From contig JAJYLW010000011.1 in NCBI GenBank assembly GCA_021787475.1, positions 2,741-66,740 on the forward strand: DNA of 64,000 bases, in the 5' to 3' direction. The notes below the pieces were generated by a model. That model searched no databases. It had not been told where the DNA came from and was given only the letters and a program-made list of their open reading frames with translations. Below are positions 19,072 through 28,833 of this stretch, piece by piece. Each line of letters starts with the position of its first letter. Within the stretch, counting starts at the first letter, position 1. A program made the position numbers and the translations under genes. Origin of the DNA: Actinomycetes bacterium. Lineage in GTDB: Bacteria; Actinomycetota; Thermoleophilia; BMS3ABIN01.

Positions 19072-20469
19072 TTACCCCCACAGCTTTTCTTTCACCGCCC
19101 TCGCATCGGCGGAGACTTTCTCCTCGTCCATCGTCAGAAGAACCTTTTTTTCGTAAATTGGCCGGCCGCCGACCATGACAAAAAAGACATCCTCCTGACT
19201 GGCGCCGTAAACAAGCGCAGAATAAGGATCGTAAATGGGGGTAAAATGACTGTGCTCCATGTCAACCGCGATCAGGTCCGCCTGCTTGCCCGGCTCCAGG
19301 GATCCGATCCGGTCATCCATCCCCAGCGCCTTGGCGCCGCCAAGGGTGGCAATCTGGACGCATTCGGCGGCGTCCAGCACGGCGGCGTCGCGCTGCGCGC
19401 CCCGATGCAGGAAGATCGCCGTCCTCATCTCACCGAACATGTCCATGACGTTGCTGCTGGCGGGGCTGTCGGTGCCCAGGCCAACTCGGATTCCCGCCTC
19501 CAGGAACGCATGCAGCGGAGCAATGCCGCAGCCCAGCTTGGCGTTGCTCTTGGGGCAGTGGGCGATCGCCGCGCCGCTGTTTGCCAGCACCGCCACGTCG
19601 GGACTGCTCACCTGAACACAATGGACCGCGAGAAAATCCGGTCCGTAAACATCCCATTGCTGCAGGTATTTAACCGGGGTGACGCCAAAAGGCTCGCGCA
19701 TGAGATATTCCCAGCCCACCTTCTCACGCAGATCCATGGCCAGCACGCCGGAGCCGGAACGGATGTAGGCGGACTCCGCCTTGCTCTCGGCAAGATGGGT
19801 GGCCAGTTTTTTGCCCCGTCGGCGCGCCAGGTTGGCAACCTCCCTGTACATGGCGGCGCTGACCGTATATGTTGCGTGCGGGAAAACTCCAATCTCAAGA
19901 AGCCGGCCTCGTTGCTCGTCAAGCTCGTCGAGCGCCGCTTCAAGGGTTGCCATCGTCTCGCTCAGCCTGCTGTCGTCCATGCCAAAGGCTTCCTGGAAAG
20001 CAATCGCCCTGAGACCGGCCTCCTTTATGGCGTAAACGCTCTTGCCCGAATACATCGACTCCGCAACCGTGGTGATGCCGGCCGATACGCATTCAGAAGC
20101 GCCCAGCCTCGAGCTGACGGCATAATCTTCTGCCGACAGGCGGGAACGGTAATCAATAAACTCCAGCAGCCAGCGGCCAAAATTGAGGTTGTCCAAAAAC
20201 CCCCGGAAGACAGAGTATTCGAAATGACTATGACAGTTGACAAATCCCGGCAGGATGATAGCGTGGTGAAATTCCACCAGCTTGGCCCCGGGAAAGGACT
20301 TGATAATTTCACGTGCGGGGCCGGCGGCGCTGACGAAGCCGCCAGAGACCGCGACAGCGCCGTCATGAACCGGGTCAGATGAAACCGGCAGAATCCACTC
20401 GGCCCGGTATACGGTGGTATCGGCTGACTTTTTTTCGCTGTTCATCATCTTGACATAAGGCCCTCGCAA
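19072..20469 (-). CDS. Amidohydrolase, MTA/SAH deaminase-like
   Basis: PGFVNCHSH, THLAES, AVHCV, LGTDSPAS. Confidence 0.85.
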   Translation of the reverse strand: MRGPYVKMMNSEKKSADTTVYRAEWILPVSSDPVHDGAVAVSGGFVSAAGPAREIIKSFPGAKLVEFHHAIILPGFVNCHSHFEYSVFRGFLDNLNFGRWLLEFIDYRSRLSAEDYAVSSRLGASECVSAGITTVAESMYSGKSVYAIKEAGLRAIAFQEAFGMDDSRLSETMATLEAALDELDEQRGRLLEIGVFPHATYTVSAAMYREVANLARRRGKKLATHLAESKAESAYIRSGSGVLAMDLREKVGWEYLMREPFGVTPVKYLQQWDVYGPDFLAVHCVQVSSPDVAVLANSGAAIAHCPKSNAKLGCGIAPLHAFLEAGIRVGLGTDSPASSNVMDMFGEMRTAIFLHRGAQRDAAVLDAAECVQIATLGGAKALGMDDRIGSLEPGKQADLIAVDMEHSHFTPIYDPYSALVYGASQEDVFFVMVGGRPIYEKKVLLTMDEEKVSADARAVKEKLWG

Positions 20470-20609
20470 GCCCGCTCCATTTAAAACCTGACCGCCGCCG
20501 GTTAGGTTTCTTGAGCATCAATGCATCTTTCTATAGGATATTGCGGTCCAGGGGAAATTCCTCCCCGGGGGCTTGCGCGCGCCCGCCCTCCCGGCCAACA
20601 ATCACATTA

Positions 20610-22331
20610 ATGACATATTTGACCTCCATGTGGCAAAGGCTCAAAAGCATCTCCAACGGCAGATTTGCTACACCCCCAGTCCTGATCACGATCGCAGGCG
20701 GCGCCTGCCTGTTTTCATATATTCTGTTCTCGGTACTGCCCCTGTTTATCCCCCGGGCCGACTTCAGCCACTTCCCCCCTTACCTGGCCCTGCCGGACGG
20801 CGGTTTCGGGCTGACTGATTATTATCTGCTGTACATTTTAATCTGTGTCAATGCCCTGCTCCTGTTTGGTTTATACTTCATCGCCTTAAGGGCGGTAGGA
20901 AATCTCCATCCCGAATCAGTCTTGCAGCCCGCGCCTTACCGTCCCTGGCGCCGCGACCGGATGACAAACTATATCTTTGGCGCCGCGGTGCTCTTCCACC
21001 TGGTGATGCTGTTCACCCCATTCCTTTTGTCAACCGACCTGTTTGACTACATTCGTCACGGGCGCATATTCGCAATCTACGGCGAGAATCCTCTGGTTGT
21101 GCCCGCTACATATTTTCCTCACGATCCCTTTTTTAATATGGGGGGCTGGGTCGGAACCGGATCAGTTTACGGCCCCCTGCATGTATACGCAACCGGCCTC
21201 CTGGCATTGATTTCCGGCAACGGCATCGGCGCAAATTTCCTCATTTTTAAAGCGTTCTTCGTCTGTCTGGACCTGGTGAACCTGGCCCTGATCGGAACGA
21301 TTGCCGCTCGCCTGCGTCCGGGGCTGGAGAAAAAGGCGATGCTCTTTTATGGCTGGAATCCTTTTGTCCTGGCTCTAGTTGTAGCGAACGCCCACAATGA
21401 CATATTCATGCTTGTCTTTGTCCTGGCCGGCATTTTGTGCTATTTAAACCGGCGCCTGATCCTGGGCGCTTTTTTAATTACGCTGGCTGTTCTTGTCAAG
21501 TTCATCGCCTTGCCGATTCTGCTCATCTACATCGCTTTGTCGATCCGCAAGCAGACGAGGCTGAAGTGGCGCCTGCTGACCGGGGCGGGATCCATCGCCG
21601 TCGCGGTTGCAACGACGCTGATCAGCTATGCCCCCCTGTGGGAGGGCCGCGAAACTTTCAGCTATCTGACCAGTGTCGGCGAGAAAGCCAATTTCACCAT
21701 TCCGAGGCTGATTCATGATGTCGCTGTGGGGCAACTGCAACTGCCGCTATCGAGCACCGTCGTCCAGCTGGCGCTGGCGGCGGCGCTGGTTGCCTATCTG
21801 GCATGGCACATCGCCGGCGTCAAAAACAGGGCGGCGCTGGTTTCGGCAGCCGCCGGCATTGCCTTTCTCATGCCACTGGCCCTGTTCTGGTTTCAGCCAT
21901 GGTACTTAACGCTGGCGCTGGGACTAATTGCCCTCAGGCCCTGGCGCCTTATCTACCAGTGCGCGCTGCTTTTTTCGTTCACGGTCATGTTCTTCGACAG
22001 CTTTTGGTGGCATTCCCCCCTGTCAATGGATGTTCAGGAAACGCTGCGCGTGCTCGTGGTTTTTGGCCCCCCGGTGGCCTTGCTTGTCTGGCGCAAGGGC
22101 AATGAGATCCTTCCCCGAATCTGGGAGCGTATGATCGGCTGGTCGTTAAAAAACGGCGGCAAAGAAATCAAACAGCCCGCAGGTCCGGGCATCGGCTGGC
22201 TGTCGGTGGAGTTGGCCGTTTTGTTCATCGCTGCCCTGGCGCCAATCGCCGCAGTTGTTTCTAATTCTCCACACTTAAGAGAACTGGTTACACTTGTTGG
22301 ACTTAAATTTCAGTCATTGATCAACTTCTGA
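20610..22331 (+). CDS. GT-C polytopic glycosyltransferase (MptA/MptB-like)
   Basis: STDLFDY..HG, SVYGPL, WNP...AHND motifs; many TM helices; start approximate. Confidence 0.7.
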   Translation: MTYLTSMWQRLKSISNGRFATPPVLITIAGGACLFSYILFSVLPLFIPRADFSHFPPYLALPDGGFGLTDYYLLYILICVNALLLFGLYFIALRAVGNLHPESVLQPAPYRPWRRDRMTNYIFGAAVLFHLVMLFTPFLLSTDLFDYIRHGRIFAIYGENPLVVPATYFPHDPFFNMGGWVGTGSVYGPLHVYATGLLALISGNGIGANFLIFKAFFVCLDLVNLALIGTIAARLRPGLEKKAMLFYGWNPFVLALVVANAHNDIFMLVFVLAGILCYLNRRLILGAFLITLAVLVKFIALPILLIYIALSIRKQTRLKWRLLTGAGSIAVAVATTLISYAPLWEGRETFSYLTSVGEKANFTIPRLIHDVAVGQLQLPLSSTVVQLALAAALVAYLAWHIAGVKNRAALVSAAAGIAFLMPLALFWFQPWYLTLALGLIALRPWRLIYQCALLFSFTVMFFDSFWWHSPLSMDVQETLRVLVVFGPPVALLVWRKGNEILPRIWERMIGWSLKNGGKEIKQPAGPGIGWLSVELAVLFIAALAPIAAVVSNSPHLRELVTLVGLKFQSLINF

Positions 22332-22333
22332 CC

Positions 22334-23221
22334 ATGTTAACCTGGCGATACCATCTGCTCAGCCTGGCCGCAATTTTTCTGGCTCTGTCTTTGGGGGTGT
22401 TAATCGGTGTCGGTTTGACCGACAGCGGCGCCGTTGACACCAGCCGGCAGGACCTTATCGGAAGCCTGCAGCATGATTTAGACAGCTTGCGCAACCAGAA
22501 CAACCAGCTCAGCCTGGAGAATGCAACGAACGCAAGTTTTCAGGAAGACTCGTTCCCCTTCATCGTGGGAGGGCAGCTGCAAGGGAAGCGAATCGCAGTC
22601 GTAGTCGCCGCCACCGCTGGCGGCGACATTCAGCGAAGGCTGGAGACGGCGCTCCATGCCGCCGGCGCCGAAGTCGTCACGACAACGATCCTGAACTCCA
22701 GGTTTGACCTGCATGAAGCAGCGGTAAAAGCAAGGACGGACATGAAGAACAATCCTGCGTTTGCGGCGGCAGACGATAACGCGCTGGTTGCTCCGATAGC
22801 TCAGGAACTGAGCCGGGAAATCGGCAAGGGAGGAAACACCGCCTTACTTGCCTCTCTGCAAGGAACTTTAATTGACTCAATCGGAGGAAGCTATAATGCG
22901 CCCGTTGATGGAGTTGTCATTATATCAAGAGCCGATGATCAACAAAGCGCCTCCTATTCAGAGATCGAAAAACAGCTTGCTTTGGATCTGAGGGCGCTGG
23001 GCGTTATCACGGTCGGCTGCGAACCGGCTAACGCCCCCATCTCCGAGATCCCGCTGTTCCAGAGCGCCGAGATATCTACCGTTGACAATCTCGACAGTTT
23101 TATTGGCGAGGTCTCGGTCGTGTATGCCCTCGCCGGAGAGCACGGAGATTTCGGCGTCAAACCAACCGCGGACATGCTGATTCCAATTCTTAAAAGCGCA
23201 AAACGGGCACCGCAGCAATAA
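22334..23221 (+). CDS. DUF3186 / MctB-SteB-like protein
   Basis: RYHLLSLAAIFLALSLGVLIG N-terminus, STVDNLD motif. Confidence 0.8.
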   Translation: MLTWRYHLLSLAAIFLALSLGVLIGVGLTDSGAVDTSRQDLIGSLQHDLDSLRNQNNQLSLENATNASFQEDSFPFIVGGQLQGKRIAVVVAATAGGDIQRRLETALHAAGAEVVTTTILNSRFDLHEAAVKARTDMKNNPAFAAADDNALVAPIAQELSREIGKGGNTALLASLQGTLIDSIGGSYNAPVDGVVIISRADDQQSASYSEIEKQLALDLRALGVITVGCEPANAPISEIPLFQSAEISTVDNLDSFIGEVSVVYALAGEHGDFGVKPTADMLIPILKSAKRAPQQ

Positions 23222-23225
23222 TATA

Positions 23226-24146
23226 ATGCCACAACTGTCTGCAATCGCAAGTTTGGCCCGGCCGGCCGGCAAACTGATGGCGGCTTGTTTGCTTGTGTTC
23301 CTGGCGGCTGCTCTTTCCGGAGCGCAAAAACAGGACAAGGCATCAAGCATAACAACCGGCGGTATCGTCATGAATCCATCTCTGCTGCCGGTTGCTCCCA
23401 GCCCGGCAGAAACGCCGGTAAACCATTTCGAGACGCTCGCCTTTCCACCGGCATTGCCGCATCCGGCGAAAAGGTTGACTGTGCCAATATTCATGTTTCA
23501 TCACATTGGCGACCTGCCGGCGGGAGCAGACGCCGTCAGGCGCGACCTGACAGTATCCGCTGCCGATTTCGATGCGCAATTGGGATATCTGAAATCAGCC
23601 GGCTATCATCCAGTCACCCAGACACAATTGTTTAAGGCGCTGTTCATGGGGGTCGGTCTGCCGGCCAAGCCGGTGCTGATCACTTTGGATGACGGTTACC
23701 TGGACATCTTTACCCGGGCGCTGCCCATTCTTGTGAAATATGACTTTCCCGCCACTTTCTACATCATCACCGGCAAGGTCGGCACGCCCGGTTATTTAAA
23801 CTGGGAGCAGATTGGGGTGATGGAAAAAGACGGCATGGATATAGGCTCTCACACTGTCAACCACCTGGATCTGTCCATAGTCTCCACGGCAGTTTTAGAA
23901 CATGAGCTGGGCGATTCAGCCAAAGCCATCAGCGCCCACCTGGGCCACCCGGTCTACTGGTTTTGTTACCCGTCCGGAGGCTTTAATACCAGGGTTCTCA
24001 AGGTTGAGAAAGCCGATGGTTACCTGCTTGCAGCCACGGAAAGATGGGGCGACCAGCAAAGCAGCGACGCGCCCCTGGCGCTTTCACGCTACCGAATCAG
24101 GAACACCACCGGGCTGGAAGGATTCAAGGCAATCCTGCGGCTGTAG
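23226..24146 (+). CDS. Polysaccharide deacetylase
   Basis: ITLDDGY, IGSHTVNH, FCYPSG. Confidence 0.9.
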   Translation: MPQLSAIASLARPAGKLMAACLLVFLAAALSGAQKQDKASSITTGGIVMNPSLLPVAPSPAETPVNHFETLAFPPALPHPAKRLTVPIFMFHHIGDLPAGADAVRRDLTVSAADFDAQLGYLKSAGYHPVTQTQLFKALFMGVGLPAKPVLITLDDGYLDIFTRALPILVKYDFPATFYIITGKVGTPGYLNWEQIGVMEKDGMDIGSHTVNHLDLSIVSTAVLEHELGDSAKAISAHLGHPVYWFCYPSGGFNTRVLKVEKADGYLLAATERWGDQQSSDAPLALSRYRIRNTTGLEGFKAILRL

Positions 24147-24158
24147 TGACCATAAAAT

Positions 24159-24249
24159 AGTTCCGAGTTCCGAGTTCAAAAAAAAATATAACTGATCTCC
24201 AAAATCAGCAATTCGAAATTTAATCATTCGACATTCGACATTCGACATT
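24159..24249. repeat. Heptamer arrays (AGTTCCG)x3 and (ATTCGAC)x3 between and within convergent gene ends
   Basis: 24159-24179 and 24226-24246. Confidence 0.8.
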
Positions 24250-25053
24250 TGCCTTTGCCATTACGCGTCTACGGATCCTGATGATGTCCGCGATCATTCT
24301 GAGTGGATCGGTTGTCAGGTTGATGTGGCTGTCGGAGGAGTCGACGACCAGGCGAACCGGCACTTCCGTAATGCGGTAACCAAATTTCTGGGCCAGCGCC
24401 AGGACCTCAACATCAAACGCAAACCCGTTAACCTCGCAACTCAAGAAAATTTCGTGTGCGGCTGCGGAACGAAACCCCTTAAATCCGCATTGCGTGTCAG
24501 TAAAACCGGGGAGGGCCAGCCGCCGCACCAGGGCCTTAAATACCGGACCAGCCAGCCGGCGCAGCGGCGGCGGCGTTATCTCGATTCCGGACTCGGGCAA
24601 ATTGCGGGAGCCGATCACTATGTCAAATTCCTGCAAGCAATCAAGACAAAACCCGATCGTCTCCACCGGATAGGAAAGGTCGGCGTCCATGAAAATAATT
24701 ACGTCCCCCCTTGCCGCCAGCACGCCACGGCGGACTGCGGCCCCCTTGCCCTGATGCTGCCGCTCACGCAGCAAACGCACCGGCTCGGCGGCGCCAAACC
24801 ACTCCTTGACCTGCTCGGGCCCGCCGTCGCGGCTGCCGTCGTCAGAGATGATGATTTCGTAATTCTCGCCCTGCTGCTGCAGGTAATCAGCCAGGCTGGT
24901 GATTGTCTCGATAATCCGGCTTTCCTCGTTAAACACCGGGATAATGATAGAGAGGTCAACTAAAAACGCGTCCGGCTTCGCCTCCAGAGCGGAGGCCCGT
25001 CCTGCCGTTGCGTCCGGGTCCAAAACCAGGTTTGTTTCCTCGCTAAAACCCAA
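24220..25053 (-). CDS. GT2 polyprenol-phosphate sugar synthase
   Basis: IIPVFNEE, DDGSRD, GKGAAV, FMDAD, DTQCGFK. Confidence 0.88.
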   Translation of the reverse strand: MGFSEETNLVLDPDATAGRASALEAKPDAFLVDLSIIIPVFNEESRIIETITSLADYLQQQGENYEIIISDDGSRDGGPEQVKEWFGAAEPVRLLRERQHQGKGAAVRRGVLAARGDVIIFMDADLSYPVETIGFCLDCLQEFDIVIGSRNLPESGIEITPPPLRRLAGPVFKALVRRLALPGFTDTQCGFKGFRSAAAHEIFLSCEVNGFAFDVEVLALAQKFGYRITEVPVRLVVDSSDSHINLTTDPLRMIADIIRIRRRVMAKANVECRMSND

Positions 25054-25821
25054 TTAGCCTGTTGCTTCTCCCTCGGGACCTTTAATTGCTCCGGCTGCCT
25101 CGACTCTGTCTCTTTTTTTAACCAGCTTGCTAAGATGAATACTGATTTCATACAGCACGACAAAAGGCGCAGCCATTGCCAGCACCGAGACGAAATCCTG
25201 GCTCGGTGTGAGCGCGGCGCTCGCAATCGCGCCCACAAGAATAGCATACTTTCGATTTTTTGCCAGCCATTTCGGGCTGACAATGCCCAGCCTGACCAGG
25301 GTCAAGATCAGGGCGGGGAGCTCAAAGATCAGACCAAACGCCAGCATAAAAAGCGCCACAAAGGAAAAATACGTGGAAGCCTGAACCTGCTGATTAAAAA
25401 AATTGCCCTGGTAAGTCAAAAGGTAATTAAGGGCCCGCGGAAGCACCAGGAACCAGGAAAAGGCAACACCGCTCAGGAACAGCAGGCTCGTAAATACAGT
25501 GGCAAGGTAGATAACTCTTTTCTCTTTGGCCTTAAGCCCAGGCGCCACAAACGCCCAAATCTGGTAAATAACAAACGGGGAGGCCACGATCAAGCCCGCA
25601 TAGGCGGATACCTTGAAGGTGGTCATGAACGACTCCGTGGGGGTCAAAGTGATCAAATGGCGGCCGCCCAGCGGCTTTACAAGCAGAGCCAGCAGCCTCC
25701 CCTTGAAAAAAAAGCATCCCGCTATTGTCACAGCAATGGCGATGACAGACATCACCAGCCGCTTGCGAAGCTCCTCCAGATGCTGGAGCAAGGGCATACG
25801 GAAATCACGATAATCAGGCAC
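25054..25821 (-). CDS. tatC: Tat translocase TatC
   Basis: HLEELRKRL, WAFVAPGL, FELP, LYEISI. Confidence 0.95.
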   Translation of the reverse strand: MPDYRDFRMPLLQHLEELRKRLVMSVIAIAVTIAGCFFFKGRLLALLVKPLGGRHLITLTPTESFMTTFKVSAYAGLIVASPFVIYQIWAFVAPGLKAKEKRVIYLATVFTSLLFLSGVAFSWFLVLPRALNYLLTYQGNFFNQQVQASTYFSFVALFMLAFGLIFELPALILTLVRLGIVSPKWLAKNRKYAILVGAIASAALTPSQDFVSVLAMAAPFVVLYEISIHLSKLVKKRDRVEAAGAIKGPEGEATG

Positions 25822-25859
25822 AGCTTACCGGTTTGTTTGGATGCAACAGGTCGCAGCCG

Positions 25860-26114
25860 TTAAGACTTTGTGGCTTCCGGCGGGCTTTGGTGGGTGGTTT
25901 CTGCAGAGACCTTCTCCTGCGGCTTGGGCGGGGCATCTGCCTTATTCTCATCCACGTTAAGATGTTCCTGCAGCTCACTTGTGGATTTTTTGAACTCCTG
26001 AATTCCCTTGCCAAGGGAGCGGCCCAGCTCCGGCAGCCTTTTCGGCCCGAAAATGACCAGAACCACAATTAGTACAAACAACATGTGCATTGGTGTGAAT
26101 AAATCACCAAACAT
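25860..26114 (-). CDS. tatA: Tat translocase TatA
   Basis: IFGPKRLPELGRSLGKGIQEFKK. Confidence 0.93.
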   Translation of the reverse strand: MFGDLFTPMHMLFVLIVVLVIFGPKRLPELGRSLGKGIQEFKKSTSELQEHLNVDENKADAPPKPQEKVSAETTHQSPPEATKS

Positions 26115-26283
26115 AACAGCCCCTTTCACATCTAAGAAAACCTGCTGGCTTTATTCTAGGATTCGGGCGCGCAGGTGTCAATTGCGCCCCGCTGACGATA
26201 ATGTTTCCCAAAACGCTCCAATCAATAATCATCCAGTCACCCTTTCGTTATTTTTCCCCGGCTTCAAACCACTGCAATTCAAG

Positions 26284-26775
26284 CTAACGGGCGCACTCCA
26301 CCCGGGCGCCACTCAGCAATTCAACCGCGTGGCCAAGAACCGGCCTGACTCTGTCAAATGATTCCCGGCACGCCATGGGGCTTCCGGGAAAATTGATGAT
26401 AAGAGTGGAGGCGCAAATGCCGCTGACGGCGCGCGAAAGCATGGCCCGCGCAGTGACCTGGAGCGACCCCATGCGGACTGCTTCGGCAAAGCCGGGCGCC
26501 TCCCGCTCGATGACGTCTCTGGTCGCTTCCGGCGTGACGTCGCGAGGAGCCAGGCCTGTGCCGCCAGTGGTAATGACTATATCGGCGCGATTACCAGTGC
26601 AGTATTGGCGCAATACCGAAGCAATCTGTTCGCGCTCATCAGGCACCACGGCCCGGGAGACAGAAGCAGCCCCCGCCTCCAGCAGCATCCGCTCCAGCGT
26701 ATCGCCGCTCTCGTCCCGGCGCTCCCCGCTGGCTGCCCGGTCGCTGACCGTAACAACGGCGGCAGAAAAACTCAT
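26284..26775 (-). CDS. mog: Molybdopterin adenylyltransferase MogA/MoaB
   Basis: TVSDRA, TTGGTGLAPRDVTPEA, NFPGSP. Confidence 0.9.
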   Translation of the reverse strand: MSFSAAVVTVSDRAASGERRDESGDTLERMLLEAGAASVSRAVVPDEREQIASVLRQYCTGNRADIVITTGGTGLAPRDVTPEATRDVIEREAPGFAEAVRMGSLQVTARAMLSRAVSGICASTLIINFPGSPMACRESFDRVRPVLGHAVELLSGARVECAR

Positions 26776-26778
26776 AAG

Positions 26779-27204
26779 TCAGTCAACTCCAGTCACATAA
26801 ACCGGATCACCATCGCTAATAACCCCGCCTTCAATCACTTTGACAAATATTCCTTCTTTTGGCATTACGCAATCGCCCGCCTGCCTGTAAATCTCACAGC
26901 GACTGTGACATTTCTTGCCAATCTGTGTCACCTCGGCCAACGATTCACCCAGCCTCAGTCTCGTCCCCAAGGGCAGCGCCTTTAGTTCAATGCCATTGGT
27001 TGTCAAATTCTCGGCAAAATCGCCGGGACCCACATTAAGGCCCTTTGCTCTCATCTTGTCAATGCTTTCCATTGCCAGCAGGCTGACCTGACGGTGCCAC
27101 TTTCCGGCATGGCCATCGCCGACGATGCCGTGCCCCGGTTTGAGCTGCGCCCGGCCGACAGGCCGCTTGCGCTCTCCTTTGGCACGAGAGGTGTTTATCG
27201 ACAC
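26779..27204 (-). CDS. MOSC-domain protein
   Basis: GDGHAGKWHRQVSLL, PGDFAENL, TQIGKKCH, CVMPKEGIF; start may lie slightly upstream. Confidence 0.88.
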   Translation of the reverse strand: MSINTSRAKGERKRPVGRAQLKPGHGIVGDGHAGKWHRQVSLLAMESIDKMRAKGLNVGPGDFAENLTTNGIELKALPLGTRLRLGESLAEVTQIGKKCHSRCEIYRQAGDCVMPKEGIFVKVIEGGVISDGDPVYVTGVD

Positions 27205-27285
27205 AATGTGTGCGGTTTCTTTCAGGGAATTTCTCCTGTGCTTCCTCTTCTTTTCATGCTTCTGTCGTAAAGTTGAGTTGGCGAA

Positions 27286-27774
27286 TTACCCGCCGGCTGC
27301 GGTTCCATCCCGGCCGGAAGAGCCGCCCCGCTTCTCCAGCAACGTGATGTCGCTGACTGCCATCCCCTTGTCCACCGCCTTGCACATGTCATAAATGGTG
27401 AGGGCGGCCACTGCCACCGCGGTTAAAGCCTCCATCTCCACGCCGGTTTTGGCCAAAACCCGCACCGCGGCTTCGATATGAATGGCGCCGCGCTCGTCAT
27501 CAATCTCGAAGTCAACAGCCGCGTGCTCAATGGCAAGCGGATGACACATGGGAATGAGACGGGAGGTCTCCTTTGCCGCCATAATTCCCGCTACGCGGGC
27601 CACGGACAAAACATCGCCTTTTGGCAGCGCCCTCTTGGCCAGCAGTCGAATGGTCTCCGGAGCCATGAAGATAGTTCCCGCCGCGCGCGCGGTCCGCGCC
27701 GTTACCGGTTTGGCGCCTACGTCAACCATGCGGCTCCTGCCTTCTTTATCCAGATGTGAAAAGTCTTGTTTCAT
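27286..27774 (-). CDS. moaC: Cyclic pyranopterin monophosphate synthase
   Basis: MVDVGAK, KGDVL, LIPMCHPL, TGVEMEAL. Confidence 0.97.
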   Translation of the reverse strand: MKQDFSHLDKEGRSRMVDVGAKPVTARTARAAGTIFMAPETIRLLAKRALPKGDVLSVARVAGIMAAKETSRLIPMCHPLAIEHAAVDFEIDDERGAIHIEAAVRVLAKTGVEMEALTAVAVAALTIYDMCKAVDKGMAVSDITLLEKRGGSSGRDGTAAGG

Positions 27775-27837
27775 AGCCGATGAGCATCATGCTGCCGCCA
27801 CGTCTGGCCGCGCAGAAACAGACATCATCCTGCCCGA

Positions 27838-28833
27838 TCAACCTCCAATCTGTGACATAGTCCGAGCAACGGCAAGCTCTTCCCGTCGCCGGTCAAACTT
27901 TTTGCTATTCATGGAATCAATTATAACGTTCTTAAGTTCATCACGGTCCCCATTTATAAAAGAACGCACGTCAACTTCTGCATCAGAAAAAAGACAATTG
28001 CGCAATTTCCCGTCTGCGGTCAAACGCAGCCGGTTGCAGTTGTTGCAAAAATGGTCGCTCATTGAGCTGATAAAACCAATTGTCCCTTGCGCGCCTGCGT
28101 ATCTGAAATAGCGGGCGGGGCCACCGCCCGGCGGCGAGTCGACCGGCCTTAAATCGCCAAGCGTCCGCAGCCGGTCAAGAATTTTTTCCCGGGGGATAAA
28201 TTTCCGGATCCCCATCCCCGCCCCAATTGGCATGGACTCTATAAAACGGACATGCACAGGCCTCTCCCGTGCCAAGGCCACGAAATTCTGAAGCTCCTGT
28301 TCAATTCCCGGAATCATGACAGCATTTACCTTTACAGGGGAAAATCCCAGCTCAAGCGCCTTTTCCAGCCCGGCAAGTACAGGCGCCAGCGAAGCTCCCC
28401 TGGTTGCCTGCGAAAATCTTTCAGGCTCCATGCTGTCCAGGCTGATATTAAGGCGAGTGAGTCCGGCTTTTTTTAGCTCGTCTGCATATCTGCCCAGCAA
28501 TGCTCCATTGGTCGTGAGCGACAGGTCCTTAATGCCCGGAACCAGAGCCAACCGCTTGATCAGCGCTGGACATCCAGGGCGCACGAGCGGTTCACCGCCC
28601 GTTATGCGGACCCGGGTAATGCCCAGGCTGGCCGCCACTTCTGCAAAACGGATAATCTCCTCGTAGCTGAGAATCTCCGCCGGCGCCTTGAAGGCGATTC
28701 CTTTAGGAGGCACGCAGTAGCGGCAGCGGAAATTGCAGCGGTCGGTGATGGAAATGCGCAGATAATCTATAATCCGCCGCTGAGGGCTGTTGACTTTTGT
28801 GCTTCTTTTAGCTCTTCTGCAAGACGTCAGCAT
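27838..28833 (-). CDS. moaA: GTP 3',8-cyclase
   Basis: LRISITDRCNFRCRYC, FCNNCNRLRL, C-terminal MSQIGG. Confidence 0.95.
   Translation of the reverse strand: MLTSCRRAKRSTKVNSPQRRIIDYLRISITDRCNFRCRYCVPPKGIAFKAPAEILSYEEIIRFAEVAASLGITRVRITGGEPLVRPGCPALIKRLALVPGIKDLSLTTNGALLGRYADELKKAGLTRLNISLDSMEPERFSQATRGASLAPVLAGLEKALELGFSPVKVNAVMIPGIEQELQNFVALARERPVHVRFIESMPIGAGMGIRKFIPREKILDRLRTLGDLRPVDSPPGGGPARYFRYAGAQGTIGFISSMSDHFCNNCNRLRLTADGKLRNCLFSDAEVDVRSFINGDRDELKNVIIDSMNSKKFDRRREELAVARTMSQIGG

Noticed and set aside
27838-28833. Radical SAM enzyme as the peptide maturase
   Set aside because: It has all MoaA hallmarks, including the C-terminal GG and moaC context, and no RRE domain.
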